Positions 19,845 through 29,300 of a stretch of 64,000 nt of DNA are shown here, piece after piece. A model generated the notes under the pieces. It had not been told where the DNA came from. It saw only the letters and a list, made by a program, of their open reading frames with translations, and did no database searches. Position 1 is the first letter of the stretch; each line of letters starts with the position of its first letter. The DNA comes from Candidatus Caldarchaeales archaeon (lineage in GTDB: Archaea; Thermoproteota; Nitrososphaeria_A; Caldarchaeales; Calditenuaceae): positions 1-64,000 of the forward strand of contig JBCNVM010000007.1 in NCBI GenBank assembly GCA_039630085.1. The letters run 5' to 3'. The translations under genes were made by a program, and so were the position numbers.

Positions 19845-20714
19845 ATGAGCAGAGTATTCCATAATACAATCGCCCTCATAATGGATTGTGACGATACGCT
19901 GTGTGAGGACACCACTGACGCGTGTCTAAAGCAGATCGGAATAGAAGATCCTCTGGAGGACTTCTGGAAAAAGAGAGTAAAACCCAAGGTCAAAGATGGC
20001 TGGGACCCGCCACTAGCGTATATGACCGAATTCATAAATGTGGCCAAGGAAAAAGGTACAAAACTCACAAAGGATTTTTTGAGAAAGTAGGACGAAATCT
20101 GAAATTTTATCCCGGAGTTCCAAACTTTTTCGATGAGTTAAGGAATGAGGTCAAAGCTATTAGCAACGAGTACGAAATCGACATAAGGATTGAGTTTTAT
20201 GTTATTAGCTCAGGTTTTGAAGAGGTCATAACGGCGAGTCCTCTAAACTCCTATGTAACCGAAATTATGGATGTACATTTTACATTGATGAAAACGGTCG
20301 TGTAATATGCCCGAAATCGATAGTAACGTTTACGGAAAAAAAAACAAATTTGTGTTCGCGATAAACAAGGGCATTAACAAGATGATTTTACGAAGTGACC
20401 CTGGTAGAGTTAATGACACGATAAGTGAGGAGAATAGAAGGATTCCCTTCAAGAACATGATCTACATAGGAGACGGACCAACAGACATACCCTGCTTCTC
20501 GCTTATCACAAGGAACGGGGGGCGAGGATTAGGAATTATACAGCCCGAAAAGCCAGAAAGGGGGGCTCCATTATGGAAAGGACGAAGAATAACTGTGGGA
20601 CCGTACCGCCCTAATTATGAGCAAGGATCAGACCTCCGACTTATGATAAAGGCTTTGATAAGAGACATCTCAGCGAGTATTTATGAGGAGTCGAAAATGT
20701 CATATCGCCCGTGA
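19845..20714 (+). pseudogene. HAD-superfamily hydrolase, frameshifted
   Basis: IALIMDCDDTL (motif I), FYPGV, YVISSG and YIGDGPTDIPC lie in different frames; apparent single-base frameshifts near 20085, 20266 and 20340. Confidence 0.8.
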
Positions 20715-20766
20715 CATTCATTAACAAATAGATGTCGTCGCGATCTCGATCGAATAAACCATCATT

Positions 20767-20879
20767 ATTTTATAAAATTCTCGTAGAGCGGAGCACGTTG
20801 ACCTATCCTGTTAAATACGTAGACGAAACATCGCATACTCGACGCATTCGGAAAAATCATTTACACTATTTTATAAAAT
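20767..20879. repeat. Two copies of perfect 12-bp palindrome ATTTTATAAAAT
   Basis: Copies at 20767-20778 and 20868-20879, each preceded by T. Confidence 0.85.
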
Positions 20880-21875
20880 GTTGAATACAGTATAGAGAGC
20901 TAATTTTATTTTAGCATTAGTGACTGATTTTAAGTGTTGTTTTGTTGATCGCTCTTCCTTTCAGTATACTGGTCGCAGCATTTGGTTAAACCTGTCCGGA
21001 GGAAAAGGCAAGTCGTTTCGGTGGCTTCTGGGTTTGGATTAGCCATGGGGTTGATAGGTGGAATTTTCGGACGCGGGTTGGGCTGCTTACATAGTTTACA
21101 ATAAGGTCATCTGGGATTATTTCGTTGTTGGCTGTTCATAGTTTGTGACATTATAATAATTTAGAGAACTACAAGAAAGATCTCACGTCGTCTCAAGCTT
21201 GTGGAACGGGAGGTTCGAGGGTAACTGTTCGAGTTTTGACGGCTCGGTGGGAAATGGTCTGCCGAAGCTGTGGAAACATCCCGACACTAAGCTTTAGAGC
21301 GTATAACATCTGTGGTTCAAGGCTCTACATGGAGAGATAGGTGTAAAATACCCTGTCTGCAAAGGTTCCCTATCCTGCACCACAGAAACCGTTTGAAAGG
21401 AAGGACAGAACAGGCTCTTAGAAGAATAGCAGATTGTGTGAGGAGATTTGGGACACCCGGATAACCCTAAATCGTGTTTCAGTCTCGCTCAAAAAGCTCA
21501 TCAGAAAGTTCTTGAAATTGATTTTTCTGATTTACGGTAACAACCAGCTTTTTCGTTGAGAAAACCTAAACGCTATAGTTGTGAAGATGTCTGTGAATAC
21601 TGAGAGATGAGGAGGTTGGAGAGGAAAACGCAGTCTCAGAGGTGCCGAAAAGTGTCTCTGAAGAGCGTTGATCGGGAAGTTGCGTTCGCCTTGCTTCCTG
21701 ACAGCGACAGTATTATCACTTCGGCGTTGATACTCCTGAGAAATCTGGCTCGAAATAGTCAACCCGTCACAAAAGGATGTGAGACGAAAAAAGCAGGAGT
21801 CATAGGAACGAATTAAGGCGGAGAAAGCCCGATTACATTAAAACTAAAATTCTCCGAGTGAGAGATGCGATAAGG

Positions 21876-21951
21876 GGGCCGGTAGATCAGCGGTATGATC
21901 GCCCGGTTGGCGTCCGGGAGGTCGCGGGTTCGAATCCCGCCCGGTCCACCA
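21876..21951 (+). tRNA. tRNA-Ala(GGC), CCA encoded
   Basis: Acceptor GGGCCGG/CCGGTCC with G3:U70, anticodon arm CCCGG-TTGGCGT-CCGGG, T arm GCGGG-TTCGAAT-CCCGC, ends ACCA. Confidence 0.97.
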
Positions 21952-22052
21952 ATCCTGTGATGCAATAAGGGTAACCATGAAGAGGGAAAAATAGAGGAGG
22001 AACGCTTCGTCGGATTCTCCTCAGAGTTCTTCGGAAGCATCTGCACCGAAAT

Positions 22053-23132
22053 TTACTCCTCCTCGTCGGGAAGTATCACGAGTGCGACATCCCCGTCGGA
22101 GTTCACTAGAGGTACACTCGGAGCCTTTTCCTCAGCGACTTCCTCTTCAACGATCTCCTCATCGTCTCTCGGTTTTCGCCAACGTCTTCTCAGCCGGAGC
22201 ATTCTCTCCCTTACTATCTCTTCGAGCCTGCGCAGCTTCCTCTCAATAGAAAACCCGACCTTTTCCAGAAACAGCGGCAGGCAGGCATTACGTATTCGGA
22301 TCCTATAACAGTCCTTACTAGACACGCCCCCTCCGATCTCCATTGATGTGCCGGCTGGTATGTGTAGGTACGGACCTGTGGACATTATTCCTAGGTCCTC
22401 CAACAACTCCTGTGCCCACCTCAGCACATCGACGTTTGTATTGTACAGTATTACGCCGCTCTTACCGACACTTCCCTCCGAGTCGAAGAAACCCCGGAGG
22501 AAAGCGACCTTTGTCTGTTCATCGTGCTCGACGAACTTCCGTATTCGTTCGATGTCTCTATCAATAAGAAGCTGGGTCAATATTATGTCCCGCACTCTAA
22601 CGACATAAAACGTCTTCCCGTCTCTAACCATTTCTAGAATCGGCGGAGGATCCCTGTTCAGGACTTTCGCCAGCGCCTGTGCGAAGGACATGGCGAAGTC
22701 CAGATCCCGGACAATTAGTTGGATCACACATGCCCATTTACGTCTATAATGGAGCAGATAGACTGACCCGTCCCCGAAGACCACGCCTATGACATAGGCT
22801 AGTTCCGGAGACGGCTCCAGCTCGTCGAGTGACCGGAACCTCCGACGCTGGGATAATCCCATCCGATAGGGCGACCTCTCCCCTCTCATCCATCTTACTA
22901 CGGTTGACTGATATATTGTCACCCCGAAGGTTTCATAAATAATTTCCACGATCTGTTTGACGCTGTATCCTTGTTCTATCAGCTGTAGGGCTACATGATA
23001 AATCTGGATCATGAGGGCTTTGGGTCTCCTTCGGCGCTTTTTCGTGGTCCCTCCTTTCTTAGATCGTCGGGTCTCGCCTCTCGGGCCAAGAGACGAGACT
23101 GCTAAGTCCGGATCCACCAAGCCATCCGACAT
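22053..23132 (-). CDS. Free-standing double-motif LAGLIDADG endonuclease with N-terminal HTH-like region
   Basis: LAYVIGVVFGDG and FLRGFFDSEG motifs, VGFSIERK; HTH-like GYSVKQIV...QSTVVRW; SD GGAGGTGA upstream. Confidence 0.88.
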   Translation of the reverse strand: MSDGLVDPDLAVSSLGPRGETRRSKKGGTTKKRRRRPKALMIQIYHVALQLIEQGYSVKQIVEIIYETFGVTIYQSTVVRWMRGERSPYRMGLSQRRRFRSLDELEPSPELAYVIGVVFGDGSVYLLHYRRKWACVIQLIVRDLDFAMSFAQALAKVLNRDPPPILEMVRDGKTFYVVRVRDIILTQLLIDRDIERIRKFVEHDEQTKVAFLRGFFDSEGSVGKSGVILYNTNVDVLRWAQELLEDLGIMSTGPYLHIPAGTSMEIGGGVSSKDCYRIRIRNACLPLFLEKVGFSIERKLRRLEEIVRERMLRLRRRWRKPRDDEEIVEEEVAEEKAPSVPLVNSDGDVALVILPDEEE

Positions 23133-23244
23133 TTCCTTTCACCTCCGGGGGTCGAACTCCCTTCCCCGAGCAGGAAGAAACCCTCCCGCATGGGCAGGAG
23201 GGTCCCCCTGTCGAGGGCCAGACCACCTGAGGGGTGAATTTAAG
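23133..23244 (-). promoter_or_regulatory. Putative promoter and structured 5' leader of the LAGLIDADG gene
   Basis: TATA-like CTTAAATT at 23244-23237, four near-contiguous hairpins at 23217-23147, SD at 23146-23139. Confidence 0.55.
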
Positions 23245-23317
23245 CCTCGCTAGCGGCGTCGGTCCGAGACCTAGGGAACGGGATGGGCTTTATCCGGCAG
23301 GAGCTCGGCGACCGGTC

Positions 23318-24028
23318 GTGAAAGATTGGACCCTTCCCGTGGTGGTTCTGAACTTCAAGGCGTACAGGGAGGCGGTGGGAAGCGGCGCAGAGAGGCTCGG
23401 TTACGTCGCGGAGACCGTCTCGAGGGAGCTGGGCGTCACGGTCGCGGTCGCGGTCCAGCCGACCGACGTCTACAGGCTCTCCGGCAGGCTCGGGATTCCC
23501 GTCCTGGGACAGCACGTCGATCCCTACGAGGAGGGGAGCTGGACGGGGCACGTGACCGCGTTCGCGCTGAGGGAGGCTGGGGCAGCGGGGAGCCTCCTGA
23601 ACCACTCCGAGAGGAGGATAGGGCTCTCCGAGATCGCGGCCGCGGTCGAGCTCCTCAGGAAGGAGGGCCTGAAGTCGATCGTCTGCGCCGACACGCCGCT
23701 GACCAGCAGGGCCGCCGGAGCCCTGAGGCCGGACATGGTCGCGGTCGAGCCCCCGGAGCTGATAGGGACCGGGATATCGGTCTCGAGGGCGAGGCCGGAG
23801 GTCGTCACCGACGCGGTGAAGATGCTGGCCTCCGTCGAGCCGAGCGTCTCGCTCCTCTGCGGCGCGGGCATCTCGACCCCGGAGGACGTCTACAGGGCGA
23901 TAGAGCTGGGAACGGTGGGAGTGCTGGTCTCGTCGGCGTTCGTGAAGTCCAAGGACCCCCAGCAGACCCTAACGGGCTTCTGCGAGGCGGCGCTGAAGGC
24001 CTACGAGCGGAGGGTCAGTAGATCCTGA
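23318..24028 (+). CDS. tpiA: Triosephosphate isomerase, archaeal type
   Basis: VLNFKAY, LLNHSERR, AVEPPELIGTG, LCGAGIS, GVLVSSAFVK. Confidence 0.96.
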   Translation: MKDWTLPVVVLNFKAYREAVGSGAERLGYVAETVSRELGVTVAVAVQPTDVYRLSGRLGIPVLGQHVDPYEEGSWTGHVTAFALREAGAAGSLLNHSERRIGLSEIAAAVELLRKEGLKSIVCADTPLTSRAAGALRPDMVAVEPPELIGTGISVSRARPEVVTDAVKMLASVEPSVSLLCGAGISTPEDVYRAIELGTVGVLVSSAFVKSKDPQQTLTGFCEAALKAYERRVSRS

Positions 24029-24659
24029 TCTCGACCAGCTGGACCGGGACGTAGGAGCTGCTTGGGACCACCGCGGCCACCCTCTCCTCCACCTCGACCT
24101 CCACCTCCTGAATCGCGCCCGGGACCAGCGACTGTCCGAAGTAGCCGAACTCCTCCCTGTAGGGAGCCAGCCTGACGGCCGAACCGTCGGAGAGGTACGC
24201 GGCGATCACCGGCGAGGAGGCGAAGGCGCGGGACGCCTCGGGGACCGCGATGAGGGCCTCGATCTTGGTGCCGTCGTCGCCCACTGTCAGCCTCACCTCC
24301 TCGAGCCTGATTCTCCTTACCTCGAACGTCAGCTCGACGGTCAGGTCCCTCTCGGCGCGGACCTCCAGCACCACGACCGCGAACCTCGAGTCCGGGAGCT
24401 TCACGTAGGAGCTGTACCTCCCGGGGGCCGCGCTGAACCTGAAGGTCCCGTCCTCCCCGGTCACCCCCCTCTCGAGCCCCAGGACCACCAGAGCGCCCTC
24501 GACGGGCCTCGGTCGGCCGTCCTCCACCATCCGGACCCTGAACGTCACCTCCCTTGCCAGCGAGAGGCCGAAGCCCTCGCCGATGCTCCCCGACGAGTTG
24601 AAGACGGTCAGGAGGAGCATCAGGGCCGCGCCGATCGCGGCCGCCCCGGCCCACCTCAT
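24015..24659 (-). CDS. Secreted/membrane-anchored hypothetical protein with carboxypeptidase-regulatory-like beta domain
   Basis: N-terminal hydrophobic helix; PVEGALVV...TGEDGTFRF...PGRY pattern. Confidence 0.6.
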   Translation of the reverse strand: MRWAGAAAIGAALMLLLTVFNSSGSIGEGFGLSLAREVTFRVRMVEDGRPRPVEGALVVLGLERGVTGEDGTFRFSAAPGRYSSYVKLPDSRFAVVVLEVRAERDLTVELTFEVRRIRLEEVRLTVGDDGTKIEALIAVPEASRAFASSPVIAAYLSDGSAVRLAPYREEFGYFGQSLVPGAIQEVEVEVEERVAAVVPSSSYVPVQLVEIRIY

Positions 24660-24759
24660 ACCCCGCTCGGGGTCGGGGCTCAGCCTTTAACGTGTCGCCG
24701 CGGCCCCCGGCGATCCTAGCGGCGCGGAAACTCAAATCTCCGGGCATCGAGGTGGATCC

Positions 24760-25473
24760 GTGATGACGAAGGCCGTCATCCTCGCGGGAGGGTTCGGGAA
24801 GAGGCTGAGGCCGCTGACGGACACGCTCCCCAAGCCGCTGCTGAGGGTCGCGGAGAGGCCGATCATCGAGTGGCAGATCAGGTGGCTCGCCTCCCACGGC
24901 ATCAAGAGCGTCGTCGTCTGCGCCGGCTACCTCAAGGAGAAGATGGTCGAGGAGCTGGGGAGCGGCGCTAGGCTCGGGGTGAGGCTGGGCTTCGTCTTCG
25001 AGGACGAGCCTCTGGGGACCGCAGGAGCCCTCAAGAACGCCGAGCACTTCCTCGCCGGAGAGAGGTCCTTCCTGGTCCTGAACGGCGACGTCCTGACCGA
25101 CCTCGACCCGACGTACGTCCTCTCGGCAGCCGAGCGCTACCTCGCCTCGATGGCGGTCGTGCCGCTGCCCTCACCGTACGGGATCGTCGACCTCGAGGAG
25201 TCGACCGGACGGGTGAAGGGTTTCAGGGAGAAGCCGATGCTCGGGGAGTACTGGATCAACGCGGGCGTCTATGCGCTCAGGGGCGAGCTGCTGGCGGAGC
25301 TTCCGGAGAGCGGCGACCTCGAGAGGGAGGTCTTCCCGAGGCTAGCAGCGAGGGGACAGCTGGTGGCGATCAGGTACGAGCACTGCTACTGGAAGTCCAT
25401 AGACTCCCACAAGGACCTGGAGGAGGCCTCGGCTCACTTCAGGGAGCCTGAGAGGTCCAGGGCCATCACGTAG
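24760..25473 (+). CDS. Sugar-phosphate nucleotidyltransferase
   Basis: AVILAGGFGKRLRPLTDTLPKPL, PLGTAGAL, VLNGDVL, FREKP, INAGVY. Confidence 0.92.
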   Translation: MMTKAVILAGGFGKRLRPLTDTLPKPLLRVAERPIIEWQIRWLASHGIKSVVVCAGYLKEKMVEELGSGARLGVRLGFVFEDEPLGTAGALKNAEHFLAGERSFLVLNGDVLTDLDPTYVLSAAERYLASMAVVPLPSPYGIVDLEESTGRVKGFREKPMLGEYWINAGVYALRGELLAELPESGDLEREVFPRLAARGQLVAIRYEHCYWKSIDSHKDLEEASAHFREPERSRAIT

Positions 25474-25967
25474 GCGTCCTCGCCGTCGAGGTAGTAGTGC
25501 TTGATCGTGTCGACGACGGAGAAGCCCAGCGACTCGTACATCCTGATCGCGGGGTTGTTGGTGACCCGGACCTCCAGAAAGACCTCGTCGCAGCGGTAGA
25601 CGTCCCTCATCGCCCTGATCGCCTCCAGCATCAGCGCCCTACCTATCCCCCTCCTCCTGTGCTCGGGGAGAACCGCTATCGAGATCACGTGTCCCAGCTT
25701 CCTGAACCGGAGCCCTCCGAACTTCGAGAACCCCCTCTCCACCCTGCACATGACGTACCCGACTATCCTGCCCTCGAGCTCCGCGACGACGAAGCTCTCG
25801 GGATGGGACTTCGCGACGCTGAGGAAGAACGAGTAGGTGTAGTTCTCGGGCAGGGTCAGCCTGTTGACGTTCATCACGTCCAGCAGGTCCTCCTCCCTGA
25901 CCGGCCTCAGGACGTACTGCGCGTCCTCGCGCCTAAGCACCTCCAAGAACGCCAGCCTCCCGACCAC
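25434..25967 (-). CDS. N-terminal acetyltransferase, RimI/Ard1 family
   Basis: LPENY, GHVISIAVLPEHRRRGIG, LEVRVTNNPAI, YYLDGEDAY; start approximate. Confidence 0.92.
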   Translation of the reverse strand: MVGRLAFLEVLRREDAQYVLRPVREEDLLDVMNVNRLTLPENYTYSFFLSVAKSHPESFVVAELEGRIVGYVMCRVERGFSKFGGLRFRKLGHVISIAVLPEHRRRGIGRALMLEAIRAMRDVYRCDEVFLEVRVTNNPAIRMYESLGFSVVDTIKHYYLDGEDAYVMALDLSGSLK

Positions 25968-26050
25968 GTGAGCCCCCGGACACTTAAGACTTTCCCGGAG
26001 ACCAATAACTTGATAAGACGGCCATCGGTTCAATCCTCTTAGGTTCTGCG

Positions 26051-26398
26051 GTGGTGATCTTGTCGTCCTCGGGGGGAGTCTCTCGTCCTAGGAGGTCAAC
26101 CAAGCAGCCCAAGCCCCAGCCCGCGGCGAAGCGGGAGCCCGCGAAGGCCCCCGAGGCCGAGCGGGTGGTCGTCGTGGAACTGATGGGGTGGAGGATCGAG
26201 CACGAGCTCCTCGACAGCGCAGAGGCCGAGCAGGTCCTCAACCGCTACAAGGCTACCCGCAACCAGCTGCCGAAGATCCTGGTCACGGACCCGGTCGTCA
26301 GGAAAATGGGCGCTAAGCCCGGCGATATCATAAAAATCACGAGGACCTCACCTACCGCAGGGTTGACCGTCTACTATAGGGTGGTGGAGGAGGCTTGA
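26051..26398 (+). CDS. rpoH: RNA polymerase subunit H (Rpo5)
   Basis: QLPKILVTDPVV, GAKPGDIIKITRTSPTAG..YYRVV; precedes rpoB; start uncertain. Confidence 0.92.
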   Translation: MVILSSSGGVSRPRRSTKQPKPQPAAKREPAKAPEAERVVVVELMGWRIEHELLDSAEAEQVLNRYKATRNQLPKILVTDPVVRKMGAKPGDIIKITRTSPTAGLTVYYRVVEEA

Positions 26399-29300
26399 AG
26401 GCCAGGCCATCTCCTGAGTCCCTCACCCACGACGATCTCTGGGCCGTCGCGAAGGCCATCGTCGAGGAGGAAGGCCTGATCGCGCACCACTTCAGGTCCT
26501 ACGAGTACTTCGTCAGGGAGGGGCTCGAGAGGCTCCTCAGGAGCATGAGCCCCCAGGAGATCAAGACGAAGCAGGGCGTCGCGTACCTCTACTTCAGGGA
26601 ACCCGAGATAGGCCTGCCGACGATAAGGGAGGTCGACGGGTCGGAGAGGCACTACGTCACGCCCAACGAGTGCAGGCTGAGGAACATCAGCTACACCGCT
26701 CCGATCTACGTCAGGGTCACGCTCAAGCTCGACGACCAAGAGATCGTCAGGAGCGAGAGGGTTCAGATCGGGGTCCTGCCGATCATGGTGAAGTCCTCCG
26801 TCTGTCCCCTCAGCAGGATGTCCGAAGAGGAGCTCATCGCGATCGGAGAGGACCCCACCGACCCGGGGGGATACTTCATCATCAACGGCTCCGAGAGGGT
26901 CATAGTCGCGATCGAGGACCTAGCTCCCAACAAGGTCCTGATCACCTCGAAGGAGCAGGACGGAGGAGTCCAGTACTCGGCCGCGGTGATCTCGATCTCC
27001 TACGGGAGGCAGAGCAAGGTCGAGGTCACCTACAAGCCCGGCGGGCCGGTGAGGGTCTTCTTCGCGAAGATCCACAAGGGCATACCGCTGATCGTCATGC
27101 TGAGGGCCCTGGGGATGGAGAACGACAGGCAGATCGCGGAGTTCGTCTCGCCGCTCCCGGAGGTCCAGGAGATGCTTATCGAGAGCTTCAAGGAGGCGGA
27201 GGGGATCGAGGACAAGAAGGAGGCCCTGAGGTTCCTGGGGAACAGGGTCGCCTTCGGGTACGCGGAGGAGTACAGGATCGAGAGGGCGGAGCAGATGCTC
27301 GACAGCAACTTCCTCATCCACCTCGGCACGAACAAGGAGGCCAGGTTCAAGAAGGCCGTGATGCTCTGCGACGTGGTAGGGAAGCTCCTCGAGACGGCCG
27401 CGGGGATCAGGAAGCCGGACGACAAGGACCACTACGCCAACAAGAGGCTCAAGCTCGAGTCGCAGCTCCTGACGGAGCTCTACAGGTCCGCCCTCAACAA
27501 GCTCATCAGGGACATCAGGTACCAGCTCGAGAGGATACTCGTAACTAGGCAGCCCATCTCGCTCTCCACGTTCATCAGGCCCGGGATAGTGAACGACGTG
27601 GTCCTGACGGCCTTCTCCACGGGCAACTGGCCCGGGGGGAGGGTGGGAGTCACGCAGATACTCAACAGGACCAACTACCTCGCGACCGTCAGCCACCTGA
27701 GGAGGGTCCAGAGCCCTCTGAGCAGGAGCCAGCCCCACTTCGAGGCCAGGGACCTCCACGGGACCCACTGGGGGAGGATATGTCCAGCCGAGACGCCCGA
27801 GGGCGCGAACGCGGGACTGGTCAAGAACTTGGCCCTCGGTGCAGAGGTCACGGTGCCGCTCCTGAAGGACGAAGAGGAGGGCCTCAGGGAGAGGCTCTGG
27901 AAGCTCGGGCTGGTCAGCCTGATGGCGGTCATCGAGAAGAGGACGGCGGCGAGGAGGAAGGAGCTCAGGACCAAGGTCTACATCAACGACGAGCTGATCG
28001 GGTACCACCCTGACGGGAGGAAGCTCGTGAGGGAGCTGAAGAGGATGAGGAGGAGCGGCGAGGTCAGCCAGTCCGTCAACGTCCTCTTCAGGGAGTACGA
28101 ACACCTCTCGGAGGTCTACATCTACTCCGACGAGGGAAGGGTCAGGAGGCCCCTGGTGGTCGTTGAGGACGGCGAGGTCAAGCTCAAGCGGCACATGGCC
28201 GAGTCCGTCGCGCAGGGGACGCTGAAGTCGAGGGACCTGACAGCGATGGGGGTGATCGAGTACCTCGACGCCAGCGAGGAGGACAACGCCTACACGGCCC
28301 TCAGGCCGGAGGACGTCACCAAGTCCCACGACTACCTCGAGATAAGCCCGCTGATGATGATGGGCGTCGTGGCCGGGATCATCCCCTTCAGCAACCACAA
28401 CCAGTCGCCTAGGAACGTCTACGAGGCCTCGATGGCGAAGCAGGCCCTCGGCCTCCCCGCGATCTCGTATCCGGTCAGGACCGACAGCAGGCTCCACGTG
28501 ATGATCTACCCGCAGAAGGCCCTCGTCAAGACGAAGGTGATGGACCTCCTCGGGCTCGACAGGAGGCCGATAGGTCAGAACTTCGTCGTCGCGGTGCTGA
28601 CGGGATACGGCTACAACATCGAGGACGCGGTCGTGCTGAACAGGTCCGCGATCGAGAGGGGACTCGCGGTCACGATGAGCTACAGGACCTACGAGGTCGA
28701 GGCCAGGCAGTACCTCGGCGGCGAGAAGGACAGGGTCGCGGTGCCGGACCCGAACGTCAGGGGCTACAGGGGCGAGCAGTACTACAGGGTCCTCGACAGG
28801 GACGGCCTCGCGGTCCCCGAGTCCGAGGTCACCGACGGCATGGTCCTCGTCGGGGTCGTCAGCCCGCCCAGGTTCATGGAGGAGTACGTCAGGACGCCGG
28901 CCAGGGAGATGGTCTGGAGGGACGCCTCGGAGGCGGTGAGGCCCTCAGAGGTCGGGATCGTCGACGAGATATTCGCCTCGAGGACCGTCGAGGGCAACGC
29001 GCTCATCAAGCCCAGGGTCAGGGCCCTCTGCTTCCCCGAGATCGGCGACAAGTTCGCTTCCAGGCACGGCCAGAAGGGCGTGATCGGGATGGTCTTCCAG
29101 CAGGCCGACCTCCCCTACACCGAGAGCGGGATCGTCCCGGACCTCATCATCAACCCGCACGCCTTCCCGTCCAGGATGACGGTCGGCCAGCTGATCGAGA
29201 GCCTCGCGGGGAAGCTCGCAGCGCTGAGGGGCGAGCCGGTGGACGGCTCTCCGTTCGTCGGGAAGGGCCTCGAGGAGATCAAGAGGGAGCTGGAGGAGCT

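Larger units (their letters stand above)
19752..21875. mobile_element. Decayed AT-rich integrated-element remnant
   Basis: Sharp GC drop (20881-20940 is 16/60 GC by hand count), pseudogenes, bounded by tRNA fragment and tRNA-Ala; no integrase seen. Confidence 0.6.

Noticed and set aside
21201-21220. GTGGAACGGGAGGTTCGAGG as a third degenerate tRNA-end copy
   Set aside because: Needs two mismatches and a 2-nt gap over about 20 nt, which is not distinguishable from chance
23147-23168. GGGGGTCGAACTCCC as the direct-repeat att closing a tRNA-LAGLIDADG element
   Set aside because: Only loose similarity to the T arm and none to the acceptor strand; better explained as part of the leader
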